DNA of 57,767 nucleotides from the NCBI GenBank assembly GCA_964404795.1, contig CAYOLI010000005.1:1-57767 (forward strand), in the 5' to 3' direction. Under the pieces are notes generated by a model. That model made no database searches, was not told the DNA's origin, and saw only the letters and a list, made by a program, of their open reading frames with translations. The stretch comes from an uncultured Candidatus Saccharibacteria bacterium. Its GTDB lineage: Bacteria; Patescibacteriota; Saccharimonadia; Saccharimonadales; 2-12-FULL-41-12. Shown piece by piece: positions 1-9,980 of this stretch. How positions within the stretch are numbered: the stretch's first letter is position 1; each line of letters begins with the position of its first letter. A program made the translations under genes and the position numbers.

Positions 1-85
1 TGGTGCGGATGAAAGGACTTGAACCTTCACGCCTTGCGGCACATGCTCCTAAGGCATGCGTGTCTACCAATTCCACCACATCCGC
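1..85 (-). tRNA. tRNA-Leu (anticodon UAG), 3' CCA encoded
   Basis: The reverse complement reads GCGGATG-TG-GTGG..CAC-G-CATGC-CTTAGGA-GCATG, then a long variable arm (GCC-GCAA-GGC), then GAAGG-TTCAAGT-CCTTT-CATCCGC-A-CCA. It has a 7-bp acceptor stem, the anticodon loop CT-TAG-GA, and the class II long variable arm typical of tRNA-Leu. Confidence 0.9.
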
Positions 86-126
86 GTAAATAACCAACCT
101 ATTTTAACCGATATTTTGCGCAATTA

Positions 127-795
127 CTATCCGACGGTTTTGTTTTGCATACTTACATATCCCAATTCGGCGGGTTTTAAATAAGCAAACATCCTGGGCA
201 TACTTTTTCCTCGTAGAGCACCCATGGCTAATTCTGCAATTTGTTGGTCGGAAGTAGTTGCAACCGACAAGTGAGGTCTTAACGGGAACAGATCCATGTG
301 CGCACCGTACATATTGGTAATCGATTCTCTTTCGGCAATAATTGACTCCCTACTGCTATCTATATGAAAGCCAATAAAACGTCTACCCGCTCTTGTTTTG
401 CTGGCCCCAAAACAAGCAACTCCCCCCAGGAATACGACAAGCTCAGACGATAACTCGGTTTTTACTTTTTCTTGGATCCTGGCTAAATGCAAGGTTTTAT
501 CTGCTCTTCGCGCAATTGATTGCAACCTACTACCATCTCGTGGACCAATTATAGAAACCGATAATGACTGTAGCGACTCAAGATCTGGGAGTTCGCTGTG
601 CATGTGATTGATGGCATCAAACAACCTTGTGTCGGACCTTTCGTAGTCAATCTCACGTTTTACAAAAAAAGTACCAGCTTTTGCGCTACTAACATTACCA
701 TGTAAAATACCACCCTCAACGGCAGAGTGATTGACTATCCACCCTTTTGCCCGTTGCTGCTTGCTCTTTGCGTATCTTTTACCATTTTGCTTCAT
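127..795 (-). CDS. hypothetical protein (222 aa from ATG 795; the ORF track extends to a TTG at 810)
   Basis: This is a long ORF with no motif I can assign. It has only one HxS-type motif (PHLSVA), so it is not a convincing 2H phosphoesterase. A minus-strand TATAAT at 807..802 lies 6 nt upstream of ATG 795, which favours the ATG start. Confidence 0.55.
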   Translation of the reverse strand: MKQNGKRYAKSKQQRAKGWIVNHSAVEGGILHGNVSSAKAGTFFVKREIDYERSDTRLFDAINHMHSELPDLESLQSLSVSIIGPRDGSRLQSIARRADKTLHLARIQEKVKTELSSELVVFLGGVACFGASKTRAGRRFIGFHIDSSRESIIAERESITNMYGAHMDLFPLRPHLSVATTSDQQIAELAMGALRGKSMPRMFAYLKPAELGYVSMQNKTVG

Positions 796-811
796 TAATA
801 TATTATACAAT

Positions 812-1354
812 TTATTCTGTCATTTCACAACTTCGATAAACTACTACCCGTATATCTCCGTACGCTTTTTGCTTAACAACTTTGAACGCATCAAATTCTA
901 TAATATTTTCGTTACCGGGCAAGGATAAAACCAATAATCCGTCTTTTTTAACATGAATGACAATTTTCTTTAACAAATTAATTTGCAAATTGTTATATGG
1001 AGGATCGCATAGAACTAGATCAAACCTTGTGTTTTGATTATTATCGGACCAACTTGAAGTATTGGCACGAATAACCTTTATGTGCTTATTAAGTTTTAAC
1101 TTATCTATATTAGATTTTATAACCTTAAACGCATCAATATCGCTATCTATTGCGACAGCACTGTCGGCGCCACGACTCAGTGCCTCTATAACCAAAGCGC
1201 CACTGCCAGAAAACGCATCCAGCACTCTAAGCCCACTTATATCTCCAAGTATTGAAAAAATTGCCCCTCGAGCTTTTTCACTCATGGGGTGAGTTTTGTG
1301 ACCCTTCGGTGCGCTAAACATTTGACCGCCTAACCGGCCCGCGATAACTCTCAT
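812..1354 (-). CDS. rsmD: 16S rRNA (guanine966-N2)-methyltransferase RsmD
   Basis: The N-terminus MRVIAGRLGG..F..P.G..THPMSEKARGAIFSIL, the SAM motif VLDAFSGSGAL and the DPPY motif (LCDPPYNN) match the RsmD family. Its position downstream of recG is also typical. Confidence 0.85.
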   Translation of the reverse strand: MRVIAGRLGGQMFSAPKGHKTHPMSEKARGAIFSILGDISGLRVLDAFSGSGALVIEALSRGADSAVAIDSDIDAFKVIKSNIDKLKLNKHIKVIRANTSSWSDNNQNTRFDLVLCDPPYNNLQINLLKKIVIHVKKDGLLVLSLPGNENIIEFDAFKVVKQKAYGDIRVVVYRSCEMTE

Positions 1355-1366
1355 ACTTTCATTGTA

Positions 1367-3397
1367 TCAATTAAGGTTCGTTATAAACTGATTATCTTTA
1401 ACCCGTTTACTTAATACAGGATAGTTATCCAGAATATATTTGTCTTCTATAAACTGCCTGGCAGCAGCTCTTGATAGAGAAATCAGACGAGTGTCAGTAA
1501 AATTAGCAATTCTTAGGTCTAGCTGGCCGTGTTGGCTTTTTCCATAAATTGCTCCTGGTCCCCTAATTTCTAGGTCTAGCTCGGCCAGCTTAAAGCCGTT
1601 GGCGGATTGCTCGATTGCTCTTAGCCGACGACTTGGTGGCAGGTTGTCACTCTTAATTAAATAGCAATACGCTTGCTCTCCTGCTCGCCCCACACGTCCA
1701 CGTAATTGATGGATTTGGGCCAATCCAAACCGCTCTGCATTTTCAACAATCATAACATTTGCGTCTTTAACGTCTACACCAACCTCTATAACCGTAGTCG
1801 TTACCAAAACGTTAATCGATCCACTTATAAAATACTTCATAACCTGATCCTTGTCTTTTGTCTTCATCTGCCCGTGCAGTAGCCCTACTCGACGATGCCT
1901 AAATACCCCTTTGGACAATTTATCGTATACTTCTTCGGCCGACAGAACGTTTATTGCCGAAGATTCGCTTACAAGTGGGCAAACAATAAACGCTTGGTGA
2001 CCCTCGCCTATCATTCTGTCTACACCTTTATATAATTTCTCACGATCATTTGGCGAAACTAATTTAGTAATAACTGTTTTTCTGCCAGGTGGCATATCTG
2101 TAAGAACAGATATGTCTAGTTCTCCATACACCGTCAGAGCAAGAGTTCGGGGAATTGGGGTAGCTGTCATGCTTAGAATATGTGGCATATGCCCCGCTTT
2201 TTTTTGCAATTTTTGTCGGTGTTCAACCCCAAAGCGATGTTGTTCGTCAACAATAATAAGTGCGAGTTTGTGAATGTCTACTTTTTCACTAATTATAGCG
2301 TGCGTACCAATAATAAACTTTGCACTACCATTTGCTATTTGTTTGTGGGCGTTCGCTTTTTCGGTGGGGCTTAGTCCTCCGATCAATAAAACCACTTCTT
2401 TTGCCATTCGGTGTGACTTTAGTAATTGTTTTATACTATTTGCATGTTGCCTTGCTAATATCTCGGTGGGTGCCATAAGCGCTACTTGAAACCCTTCTGC
2501 AACAGCCATCAGGCCCGCCATGGTTGCAATAACAGTTTTCCCAGAGCCAACATCTCCTTCAACTAGTCGGTTCATGGGCTGGTCTTTGGCTATGTCCTTA
2601 TATATTTGCCATACTACTATCCTTTGTGAGTCGGTAAGCTTAAAAGGCAAAGATTTTACAAATTTTTGGGCTAATTCTTTTTTAAAAACAATCGGTAATG
2701 CCTTTTCTCGATCGTTTTCTTGCTTGACCAACATCCCAGCCAAGATTAGTGCAAAAAGCTCGTCGAAGCCAAGTCGTTTCTTGGCGCGTTCAATATCTAT
2801 CATCTTAGCTGGAAAATGAATTCGCTTCAGCGCATCGCTTAAATTAAGAAGATTATTTTGATCAATAATCTCTGCTGGCATCGGGTCAGGGTATCCCTCA
2901 ATCTCATTTAGTAGTTGAGCCATTATTTTACGAACCGTAAACGACTTTAACCCTTTTGTTTCTCTATATACTGGGATTATCCTGGCTGTATTAATTGGCA
3001 AATTACTCTCGAGCTCAATACTTGGATTGGTAATGCCAAATTTTCGACCGTTCATTTCAAATTTGCCAGATACGAAATAAACAGCATTTTTTTTTAAAGA
3101 ACTTGCCCTATAGGGTTGATTGAACCATACAAGCCGCAAACTTCCGCTCGAATCTTTGACTATTGCCTCGGTAATATGAAGCCCCCTCCTTACGTACCTA
3201 CCATTGGCAGAAATCAACTTGGCTTTTACCGTAACTTGGCCAGGACGAAGCATTGAAATTAACGTGATAGTTGAATAATCGTCGTATCTGCGAGGAAAGT
3301 TAAATATTAAGTCCTCTACCTTTTTAATACCCAAAACATTCAACTTCTGGGCAACGACTTTACCAACCCCCTTTAATTCATTAATCTCTTGATCCAC
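1367..3397 (-). CDS. recG: ATP-dependent DNA helicase RecG
   Basis: An N-terminal wedge/OB region (GVGKVVAQKL..FPRRYDD) is followed by Walker A (GDVGSGKT), DEQH (IIVDEQHRFG), TATPIPRT and QLRGRVGR helicase motifs. The start codon is GTG. Confidence 0.93.
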   Translation of the reverse strand: MDQEINELKGVGKVVAQKLNVLGIKKVEDLIFNFPRRYDDYSTITLISMLRPGQVTVKAKLISANGRYVRRGLHITEAIVKDSSGSLRLVWFNQPYRASSLKKNAVYFVSGKFEMNGRKFGITNPSIELESNLPINTARIIPVYRETKGLKSFTVRKIMAQLLNEIEGYPDPMPAEIIDQNNLLNLSDALKRIHFPAKMIDIERAKKRLGFDELFALILAGMLVKQENDREKALPIVFKKELAQKFVKSLPFKLTDSQRIVVWQIYKDIAKDQPMNRLVEGDVGSGKTVIATMAGLMAVAEGFQVALMAPTEILARQHANSIKQLLKSHRMAKEVVLLIGGLSPTEKANAHKQIANGSAKFIIGTHAIISEKVDIHKLALIIVDEQHRFGVEHRQKLQKKAGHMPHILSMTATPIPRTLALTVYGELDISVLTDMPPGRKTVITKLVSPNDREKLYKGVDRMIGEGHQAFIVCPLVSESSAINVLSAEEVYDKLSKGVFRHRRVGLLHGQMKTKDKDQVMKYFISGSINVLVTTTVIEVGVDVKDANVMIVENAERFGLAQIHQLRGRVGRAGEQAYCYLIKSDNLPPSRRLRAIEQSANGFKLAELDLEIRGPGAIYGKSQHGQLDLRIANFTDTRLISLSRAAARQFIEDKYILDNYPVLSKRVKDNQFITNLN

Positions 3398-3462
3398 TAT
3401 CTGAATTATACAACTATTGAATTTTCAGTTACTGGCTTAATTACAGATTCCGTTAGTAAAAA

Positions 3463-4248
3463 TTATTTTTTTCTTAACAAAAAGAACACACTAGGCCCGA
3501 AGTAGGTTCTGGCCAACACTGGTTGCAAGGCCTTCTCGAGATTGACCATCACGACTGACGGTAAAATTTTCTTGAGTCCAGGTGAGCGTAGATTGGACAC
3601 AGACAAGACCTTTTCGACTTTAAACCCTACCTTTTCAAGCTGACAAATGACAGTTTTCGGGTTATGGTTTACAAATGCTATTTCTTCCTTTCGACGATTC
3701 CGCTTAGACCTGATATCTACCGGTTCGGAAGGCAATTTTTTGCCCTTTAGCAAATGCTTGAGCCGATTTCTGCCATGTGCATAATTTGCCATCTCCAGTA
3801 TAAAGATCCCTTCATCCTTAAGCACGCGATAAATTTCTGCCAGTTCGGGTATTGGGTTTGGTAGATGGTGCATTACACGAATCATAGTTACTAAATCTAA
3901 AGATTCGTCTTTAAACTTGAGATCGTCTGCCTGCATTTGTTTTTGGTCTACTTGTGGATACGCCATTAAGTACTCTTTGGCAATTTTGAGCTGATTCTTA
4001 GACGGCTCAGCAAGTGTAACTTGATCGGCATAGTTACTGAGTAGCACACACAACCGACCGTATCCTCCACCAATATCGACTGCCTTATTAAAGTGTTTAC
4101 CCTTTAATAATCTACGAATCGCAATTTCTTCGGAGGCATGCTCGTAATCTCTGCCGTCCCAGTAATGTAAGTAGTTGAAGTTATCGTTGTCGTACTGGTC
4201 TGCACGTTTGCCTGTAATTGTAGTTGGTGATTTTTTTGCTGAATTCAT
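3463..4248 (-). CDS. class I SAM-dependent methyltransferase
   Basis: It has the motif I sequence VDIGGGYGRL, an acidic post-I residue (LAEPS) and the pattern DLVTMIRVMHHLPNP..LKDEGIFIL, typical of the Methyltransf_11/25 fold. The substrate is unknown. Confidence 0.7.
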   Translation of the reverse strand: MNSAKKSPTTITGKRADQYDNDNFNYLHYWDGRDYEHASEEIAIRRLLKGKHFNKAVDIGGGYGRLCVLLSNYADQVTLAEPSKNQLKIAKEYLMAYPQVDQKQMQADDLKFKDESLDLVTMIRVMHHLPNPIPELAEIYRVLKDEGIFILEMANYAHGRNRLKHLLKGKKLPSEPVDIRSKRNRRKEEIAFVNHNPKTVICQLEKVGFKVEKVLSVSNLRSPGLKKILPSVVMVNLEKALQPVLARTYFGPSVFFLLRKK

Positions 4249-4269
4249 GATTGGCTAAAATTAGTACAT

Positions 4270-5502
4270 CTATTTTACAATAACAATTGCAAATGTGTTC
4301 TTTCCTTTTTTGAATAAATTATATCCTTTATGTAATTGTGTTTCGTCGGTTGTGGTAATTCTTTTCCCATTTATCTGCAATCCACCCGAAGTCATGAGTC
4401 GCATTACTTCACTGTTCGTGGACGCAAAGCCGGCTTCCTTAATACTGTCTACTAAGCCGGTTGAGAACTCTAGAGTTGTAATTTCTTGGCTAAGAATTTC
4501 TACCTCCTCGTCGCTAAGTATGGCAGCACTCCGATTGCCAAATAAAACTTCTGTAGCGCGCACCACTGCCTTGGATTTATCGATACCATGCACAATGCGC
4601 GTTACCTCTTTAGCCAAGGTTTTTTGAGCAACCCTCGATGATCTATCCTCGTTAAACTCAGCCATAACATCTTCGATTTCTTGTTTTGTTAGATCCGTAT
4701 AAACCTTTAAATATCCTTCAACCCCCTCGTCGTCAAGATTAAGCCAAAATTGGTAGAATTTGAAAACACTGGTCTTTTTTGAATCTAGCCAGATAGCCCC
4801 CTCTTCACTCTTGCCAAATTTTCTACCAGTAGATTTATTAATGACCAGCGGCATTGTAATGCCATGAACATCTACCCCTTCGACTCTTCTAATTAAATCG
4901 ACTCCAGAGATAATATTGCCCCACTGATCGCTACCAGAAAGTTGAAGGACTACTCCGTAATTGCGATATAGCTGCAAAAAATCATACCCCTGTAATAGCG
5001 TATAGCTAAATTCTGTAAAACTAATTCCAGAGCCATCCTTGCCAATTCTTTTCGCAATGTAATCACGCTGCACAAGCGGAGTCATACTAAAATGTTTCCC
5101 AACATCTCGCAAAAAATCTAGTACGCGCATATCTTGATACCAATCTAAATTATTAACCAAAGTAAAATCACATCCTTCAAAAATCTGTTTCAATTGTTTT
5201 TTAGTAGATTCAACATTATGCGCCACAGTACTAACGTCCTGTAGCAACCTTTCCTTGTCTTTTCCTCCTGGATCACCGATTAAACTGGTGGCTCCACCGG
5301 CTAACAATACTGCTTTAAACCCATGTCTAATTAATAACCTATCCATCATCATTGATGCCAGATTGCCAATTGTCTGAGAATCCGCTGATGCATCAAACCC
5401 ATGATAAAAAACTTTATTTTCGAGTGAATCAACCAATTTGATATCTGTAAATGTTGATTGTTGAACAAATCCTCTCCAAACGAGTTCTTCACTTAAGCTC
5501 AT
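4270..5502 (-). CDS. tyrS: tyrosine--tRNA ligase (bacterial TyrS type with C-terminal S4-like domain)
   Basis: It is collinear with Bacillus-type TyrRS, sharing ELVWRGFVQQ, GGATSLIGDPGGK, FTEFSYTLLQGYDF, SGSDQWGNI and KFGKS (the KMSKS loop), plus a C-terminal S4-like domain. The HIGH signature reads TIGN (see findings). Confidence 0.9.
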   Translation of the reverse strand: MSLSEELVWRGFVQQSTFTDIKLVDSLENKVFYHGFDASADSQTIGNLASMMMDRLLIRHGFKAVLLAGGATSLIGDPGGKDKERLLQDVSTVAHNVESTKKQLKQIFEGCDFTLVNNLDWYQDMRVLDFLRDVGKHFSMTPLVQRDYIAKRIGKDGSGISFTEFSYTLLQGYDFLQLYRNYGVVLQLSGSDQWGNIISGVDLIRRVEGVDVHGITMPLVINKSTGRKFGKSEEGAIWLDSKKTSVFKFYQFWLNLDDEGVEGYLKVYTDLTKQEIEDVMAEFNEDRSSRVAQKTLAKEVTRIVHGIDKSKAVVRATEVLFGNRSAAILSDEEVEILSQEITTLEFSTGLVDSIKEAGFASTNSEVMRLMTSGGLQINGKRITTTDETQLHKGYNLFKKGKNTFAIVIVK

Positions 5503-5627
5503 AGTTATAAATTATTATATCTAAATATGCACTTTTTTTGTAATTGCTCATGTATAATATAGTGGCAAGCATGGAGGAGTACTACTGGTATCTAACTAAT
5601 GTGTGTTCGAGGTAAATTAATAGAAAC

Positions 5628-8615
5628 ATGACTAATTTTTTTAAAAGACCATTCGCAAGTAACAAAAAACGTTCAAAAAAGAACGAATACGTTACTAAAA
5701 GTGGCAACACCATAAAACTAAATCGCAATATGCGCACAAAAAGAGCAATAAACAAGGACGCTCGTGCCAGAGAAAAAGCTGCTTATCTGGCTACCCTTCC
5801 ACAAGGAAAAATCAAAAGAACCCTCTACAGAATGCACCCCAAAAGGGTTATCAACTATTGGTTTAGCCGTGAGGGTGGTATCATGGCGCTCAAAATTACG
5901 GGAGTATCTATTGCGCTTGGGTTTGTCGTTTTAGTTGGTATTTTTGCTTATTTTAGAAAGGATTTACCGAACCTTAGAGATATCACTGGTAACAACATAG
6001 GTGGGTCAATCCGCTATTACGATCGGACTGGTCAAACTCTGCTATGGGAAGATTATGACGCCGTCAAACGTACGCCAGTCGAAGATAACTCACTGCCCCA
6101 AAATCTTAAAGATGCAACTGTTGCAGTAGAAGATAAAGATTTTTTCAAACACGGTGGATTCGATGTACGGGGTATTACCAGGGCCGGTGTTAATAACTTC
6201 CTTGGCAAGGGTAATACTCAAGGGGGGTCAACCATAACCCAACAACTCGTAAAACTAACGCAAAATTGGACAAAAGACAGATCGTACACACGAAAAGTTA
6301 AAGAAATTATTCTTTCGGTAGAGCTAGAGCGAACCTATACCAAAAAAGAGATTCTCGCAGGGTACTTAAACACCGCTCCTTATGGTGACATTACTTACGG
6401 CGCAGAGGCAGCAACCCAGGACTACTTTGGTAAGCCAGCCAAAGATATAACACTTGATGAGGCAGCATTTTTAGCTGCGATTCCAAAATCTCCTACATAC
6501 TACTCTCCTTACGGGGCAAGATATGATAAAGAGATGTTAGTTGGGCGTCAACATTACGTATTAGATCTGATGGAGCAACAGGGCATGATCTCCTCAAAGC
6601 AAAAAGATGAGGCCAAAAAAATTGATACCACTACTAAGCTACAAAAGAGAAAGCCAAAGTACGACGGCATAGCCGCCCCATGGTTCGTACTCACCGCCAA
6701 AGAAGAGCTTCAATCAAGGTTTGGTGCTGAGACGGTTAAGCGAGGCGGCTGGAAAGTTACTACTACACTTGATAAAGATTTACAAAAACTAGCTGAGGAC
6801 GAAGTAGACAAAGGAATGAAACAGGTAAGGCGACAAGGCGGGGATGTTGCTGCATTTGCTGCTGAAGATGTAAAAACCGGACAAATGGTAGCGTTGGTTG
6901 GTGGATCTGATTTCTATAATCCCGAATACGGCCAGAACAATTATGCCCGCAGTAAACTCCCCCCTGGATCAAGCTTTAAACCATATGACTACATTTCAGT
7001 CATCGAAAACACATCAGATTTTGGAGCCGGAACTGTTCTGTACGATACTCAAGATTCGATTCCTGGCTACCCGTGCACCAACAAAGCTCGACCGCAACAA
7101 GGAGGTAACTGTCTGTTCGATTATGATTTCCGCTATCCAGGACCTCTGACCCTCCGCTACTCTCTTGGTGGCTCTAGAAACGTACCAGCGGTAAAAGCAA
7201 TGCTAACCACCAGCCCCGAAAAAACCATCGAAACAGCGGGCAAATTAGGGTTAAAAGATAAGGGTAACGACCTTGAAGGCCAAGGATACAAATGCTACCA
7301 AGACGATCAACTTACGAAGGAAGCTCCTTGTTATGGATCTTCGGCAATCGGAGACGGAGCGTATCTAAAGCTGGATGAACATGTTCATGGATTTGCTTCG
7401 ATTTCAAGAAATGGACGTAATTTACCACAGACTTACATTCTAAAAATCGAGGACTCTAGTAACAAGATTGTCGACGAGTGGAAGCCATCACAGGGGAAGC
7501 AAGCAGTTCGAGATGAAGCAGCGTATATAGTCGCAGACATGATAGAAGACCCAAATGCTAGCTATTTAGGAAATAAGACGCATCGATACAAAGGTTGGCA
7601 CTTTGGATTTAAGACCGGAACTACTAATGACTCTAAAGATGGTTGGATGATGGGTGAATCGACTCAATATGCAGCGGGGGTGTGGGTTGGATACCATAAC
7701 AGACAAAAAGAACTTTCTGGATTTATGGAAACTATGACTCAACCAATTGTAGCTGGATGGATGCAAAAAGCCCACGATAACAAAAAACCAGAAGAACGCA
7801 CTCGGCCCAAGGGTATCCAGACACTGCCAGCATTCATAGTTAGAAATCATGTTGGCGTTGGATCCAGAGAACCAAGTCCAGCAACCGATCTCTACCCGTC
7901 TTGGTACAAAAAACGCGCTGCCAATAGCAAACAGACAATTGATATTGTCTCTAACAAGTTAGCTACAGATTGTACTCCTGCCAGAGCAAAACAAAATACC
8001 GGCAATGCCGTCGCCAATGAATTCGCAAGCGACAAATTTCATGCTGGAGGTGGGGGCAGCAATGGCACTACCGAAAAAGACGATGTTCATAAATGCGACG
8101 ATGCAAAACCAGCGATCGTTTTGAGTGGCCCTGATACTTGTTCTCCAGGCGGTGTATTTGTAGCTACCGCTTCGCAAGGAACACATCCGCTATCAAGTGC
8201 AACCTACCGAGGAACAATTAATTTTAAGGTCAACGGTAACACTGTTCAAACTTTCAACGTCGACAATAGCCCTTCTACCGTACAGTTACCTTGTACTTCA
8301 ATTTCTGGAACTGGACTTGTGACTGTATCGGCCGAAATTATAGACAGCGTACTGTATGACTCCGAAGACAGTAAAACAGTCAGCTTAGGTAGCGGTGCCT
8401 CACTAAGCTTAAGCGCAAAAATTCAAGGAGCGAATACACTATTTAGCTGGTCGGGCAATAACGGAGATGTCTACGTATATAAAACAGTCGGCAATACCCA
8501 ACTTTGTTTTGGTAGCTCATCTTGTAGCATCGACAAATCATTGGCTCCCATTGGTACACAAGTATATGCCAAAGATAGCGCTGGAACTCAAATTACCGCA
8601 ACCGTTGGACCATAA
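5628..8615 (+). CDS. class A penicillin-binding protein (glycosyltransferase GT51 + transpeptidase) with extended termini
   Basis: GT51 motifs EDKDFFKHGGFD, GGSTITQQLVK and RKVKEIILS are present, along with transpeptidase motifs SSFKP (SxxK) and KTGTT. There is a single TM helix after a basic N-terminal tail of about 90 aa, and a Cys-containing, beta-rich C-terminal extension of about 230 aa. Confidence 0.9.
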   Translation: MTNFFKRPFASNKKRSKKNEYVTKSGNTIKLNRNMRTKRAINKDARAREKAAYLATLPQGKIKRTLYRMHPKRVINYWFSREGGIMALKITGVSIALGFVVLVGIFAYFRKDLPNLRDITGNNIGGSIRYYDRTGQTLLWEDYDAVKRTPVEDNSLPQNLKDATVAVEDKDFFKHGGFDVRGITRAGVNNFLGKGNTQGGSTITQQLVKLTQNWTKDRSYTRKVKEIILSVELERTYTKKEILAGYLNTAPYGDITYGAEAATQDYFGKPAKDITLDEAAFLAAIPKSPTYYSPYGARYDKEMLVGRQHYVLDLMEQQGMISSKQKDEAKKIDTTTKLQKRKPKYDGIAAPWFVLTAKEELQSRFGAETVKRGGWKVTTTLDKDLQKLAEDEVDKGMKQVRRQGGDVAAFAAEDVKTGQMVALVGGSDFYNPEYGQNNYARSKLPPGSSFKPYDYISVIENTSDFGAGTVLYDTQDSIPGYPCTNKARPQQGGNCLFDYDFRYPGPLTLRYSLGGSRNVPAVKAMLTTSPEKTIETAGKLGLKDKGNDLEGQGYKCYQDDQLTKEAPCYGSSAIGDGAYLKLDEHVHGFASISRNGRNLPQTYILKIEDSSNKIVDEWKPSQGKQAVRDEAAYIVADMIEDPNASYLGNKTHRYKGWHFGFKTGTTNDSKDGWMMGESTQYAAGVWVGYHNRQKELSGFMETMTQPIVAGWMQKAHDNKKPEERTRPKGIQTLPAFIVRNHVGVGSREPSPATDLYPSWYKKRAANSKQTIDIVSNKLATDCTPARAKQNTGNAVANEFASDKFHAGGGGSNGTTEKDDVHKCDDAKPAIVLSGPDTCSPGGVFVATASQGTHPLSSATYRGTINFKVNGNTVQTFNVDNSPSTVQLPCTSISGTGLVTVSAEIIDSVLYDSEDSKTVSLGSGASLSLSAKIQGANTLFSWSGNNGDVYVYKTVGNTQLCFGSSSCSIDKSLAPIGTQVYAKDSAGTQITATVGP

Positions 8616-8617
8616 AA

Positions 8618-9961
8618 TTATGTTAAATATGTATTAAGAACGTCGCGGACGTTAAAGACCGTACTAAGCATTGGTATTTTTTTTGTAGTATTGGTTTTTG
8701 GGCCAATCGCTTGTTTAAAACCAAGCTTTTTCGCCTCGGCAATTCTTTTTTCAACAAACGGAACATGTCTAATCTCTCCGCTTAAGCCAATCTCACCAAA
8801 CACAACTGTGTCATCTGTGAGTTTCATACCTTTTGCAGCTGACCCAATAGCTACTGCAATGGCCAAATCGGCGGCATGTTCTGTAATTTTTATACCACCT
8901 ACTAAGTTAACATAGATATCTTTATCAGATAGTGTGAGCTTGGTTCTCCTTTCCAGCACAGCAACTAGCAGGTTTAATCTGTTGATATCTACCCCACTGG
9001 CAGTTCTCTTGGGGTATCCATAAGAAGTTTTATTAACCAATGCCTGTACTTCGACCAGAATGGCTCGGGTACCCTCCATGGTTGCTAGGACGACAGACCC
9101 ATCGCTAACTTGCCTTTCGGCAAGCAAAGAGGCAGATGGGTTTTTAACTGGATAAAGACCATTCTCTTGCATTTCAAAAATGCCGATTTCATTGGTAGGG
9201 CCAAATCGATTTTTTACACTTCTTAGTAACTTAAACCCACCATAACGATCACCCTCCAATTGAAGAACTACGTCTACCACATGCTCTAACACCTTAGGGC
9301 CAGCAATACTACCCTCTTTAGTCACGTGGCCGACCATAATAATAGCGGTATTGGTTTGCTTTGCAACATTCATTAGTATATGAGTGCAATTAGTAATCTG
9401 ACTAACGGTTCCAGCAAGAGTGTTAACACCGTCAGTGCTAACGGCCTGAATGGAATCGACTATTAGCGCATCAAATTTTGTGCTTACAACGGCGGAAGAT
9501 ATTTCTTCAATATTGGTAGAATTAGCTATTTTAAGATTATCAACATCTGCTCCAATTCGCATCGCTCTTTGACCAACTTGCCCAGTTGACTCTTCTGCAC
9601 TTACGTAAAGAACTTTATGTTTTTTCGATAATAATGAAGACAGCTGCAAAAGCAAAGTACTCTTACCAATGCCTGGCTGACCAGCAATTAATACTACTCC
9701 GCCAGGCACAAAGCCACCCCCCAAGACCGAATCAACTTCGTCAACCCCGGTTATCAGACGCTGGGTATTTTTGTCCTTTAATGCAGTTTTGGGAGATATC
9801 ATATTAAGCGAACTTGTACCACTCACCTTCGAAGAAGAAAGCAAAACCTCTTCTTGTAAGGTGTTCCACTCTCCGCAAACATTGCATTTGCCAGACCAAG
9901 CACTAAAGTTGGTTCCGCAGTTACTGCACACAAAAGTAACTCGAGATTTGTTATTTGCCAT
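8618..9961 (-). CDS. radA: DNA repair protein RadA/Sms
   Basis: It has an N-terminal C4 zinc finger (CSNCGT..CNVCGEW), Walker A GQPGIGKST, the KNRFG motif and a C-terminal Lon-like domain. Confidence 0.93.
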   Translation of the reverse strand: MANNKSRVTFVCSNCGTNFSAWSGKCNVCGEWNTLQEEVLLSSSKVSGTSSLNMISPKTALKDKNTQRLITGVDEVDSVLGGGFVPGGVVLIAGQPGIGKSTLLLQLSSLLSKKHKVLYVSAEESTGQVGQRAMRIGADVDNLKIANSTNIEEISSAVVSTKFDALIVDSIQAVSTDGVNTLAGTVSQITNCTHILMNVAKQTNTAIIMVGHVTKEGSIAGPKVLEHVVDVVLQLEGDRYGGFKLLRSVKNRFGPTNEIGIFEMQENGLYPVKNPSASLLAERQVSDGSVVLATMEGTRAILVEVQALVNKTSYGYPKRTASGVDINRLNLLVAVLERRTKLTLSDKDIYVNLVGGIKITEHAADLAIAVAIGSAAKGMKLTDDTVVFGEIGLSGEIRHVPFVEKRIAEAKKLGFKQAIGPKTNTTKKIPMLSTVFNVRDVLNTYLT

Positions 9962-9980
9962 TACTTACTATTTTAACAAA

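Noticed and set aside
127-795. Assignment of ORF222 to the 2H phosphoesterase / LigT family.
   Set aside because: Only one H-x-S/T-x motif (HLSV) is present, whereas the family requires two. No other supporting similarity was recognised.
5503-5627. Possible T-box leader upstream of tyrS, and likewise upstream of pheS at 50932-50997.
   Set aside because: The intergenic regions are only 125 and 66 nt. No T-box core (AGGGTGGTACCGCG-like) or specifier-hairpin architecture is visible, and the -10 boxes sit 11-12 nt from the start codons.
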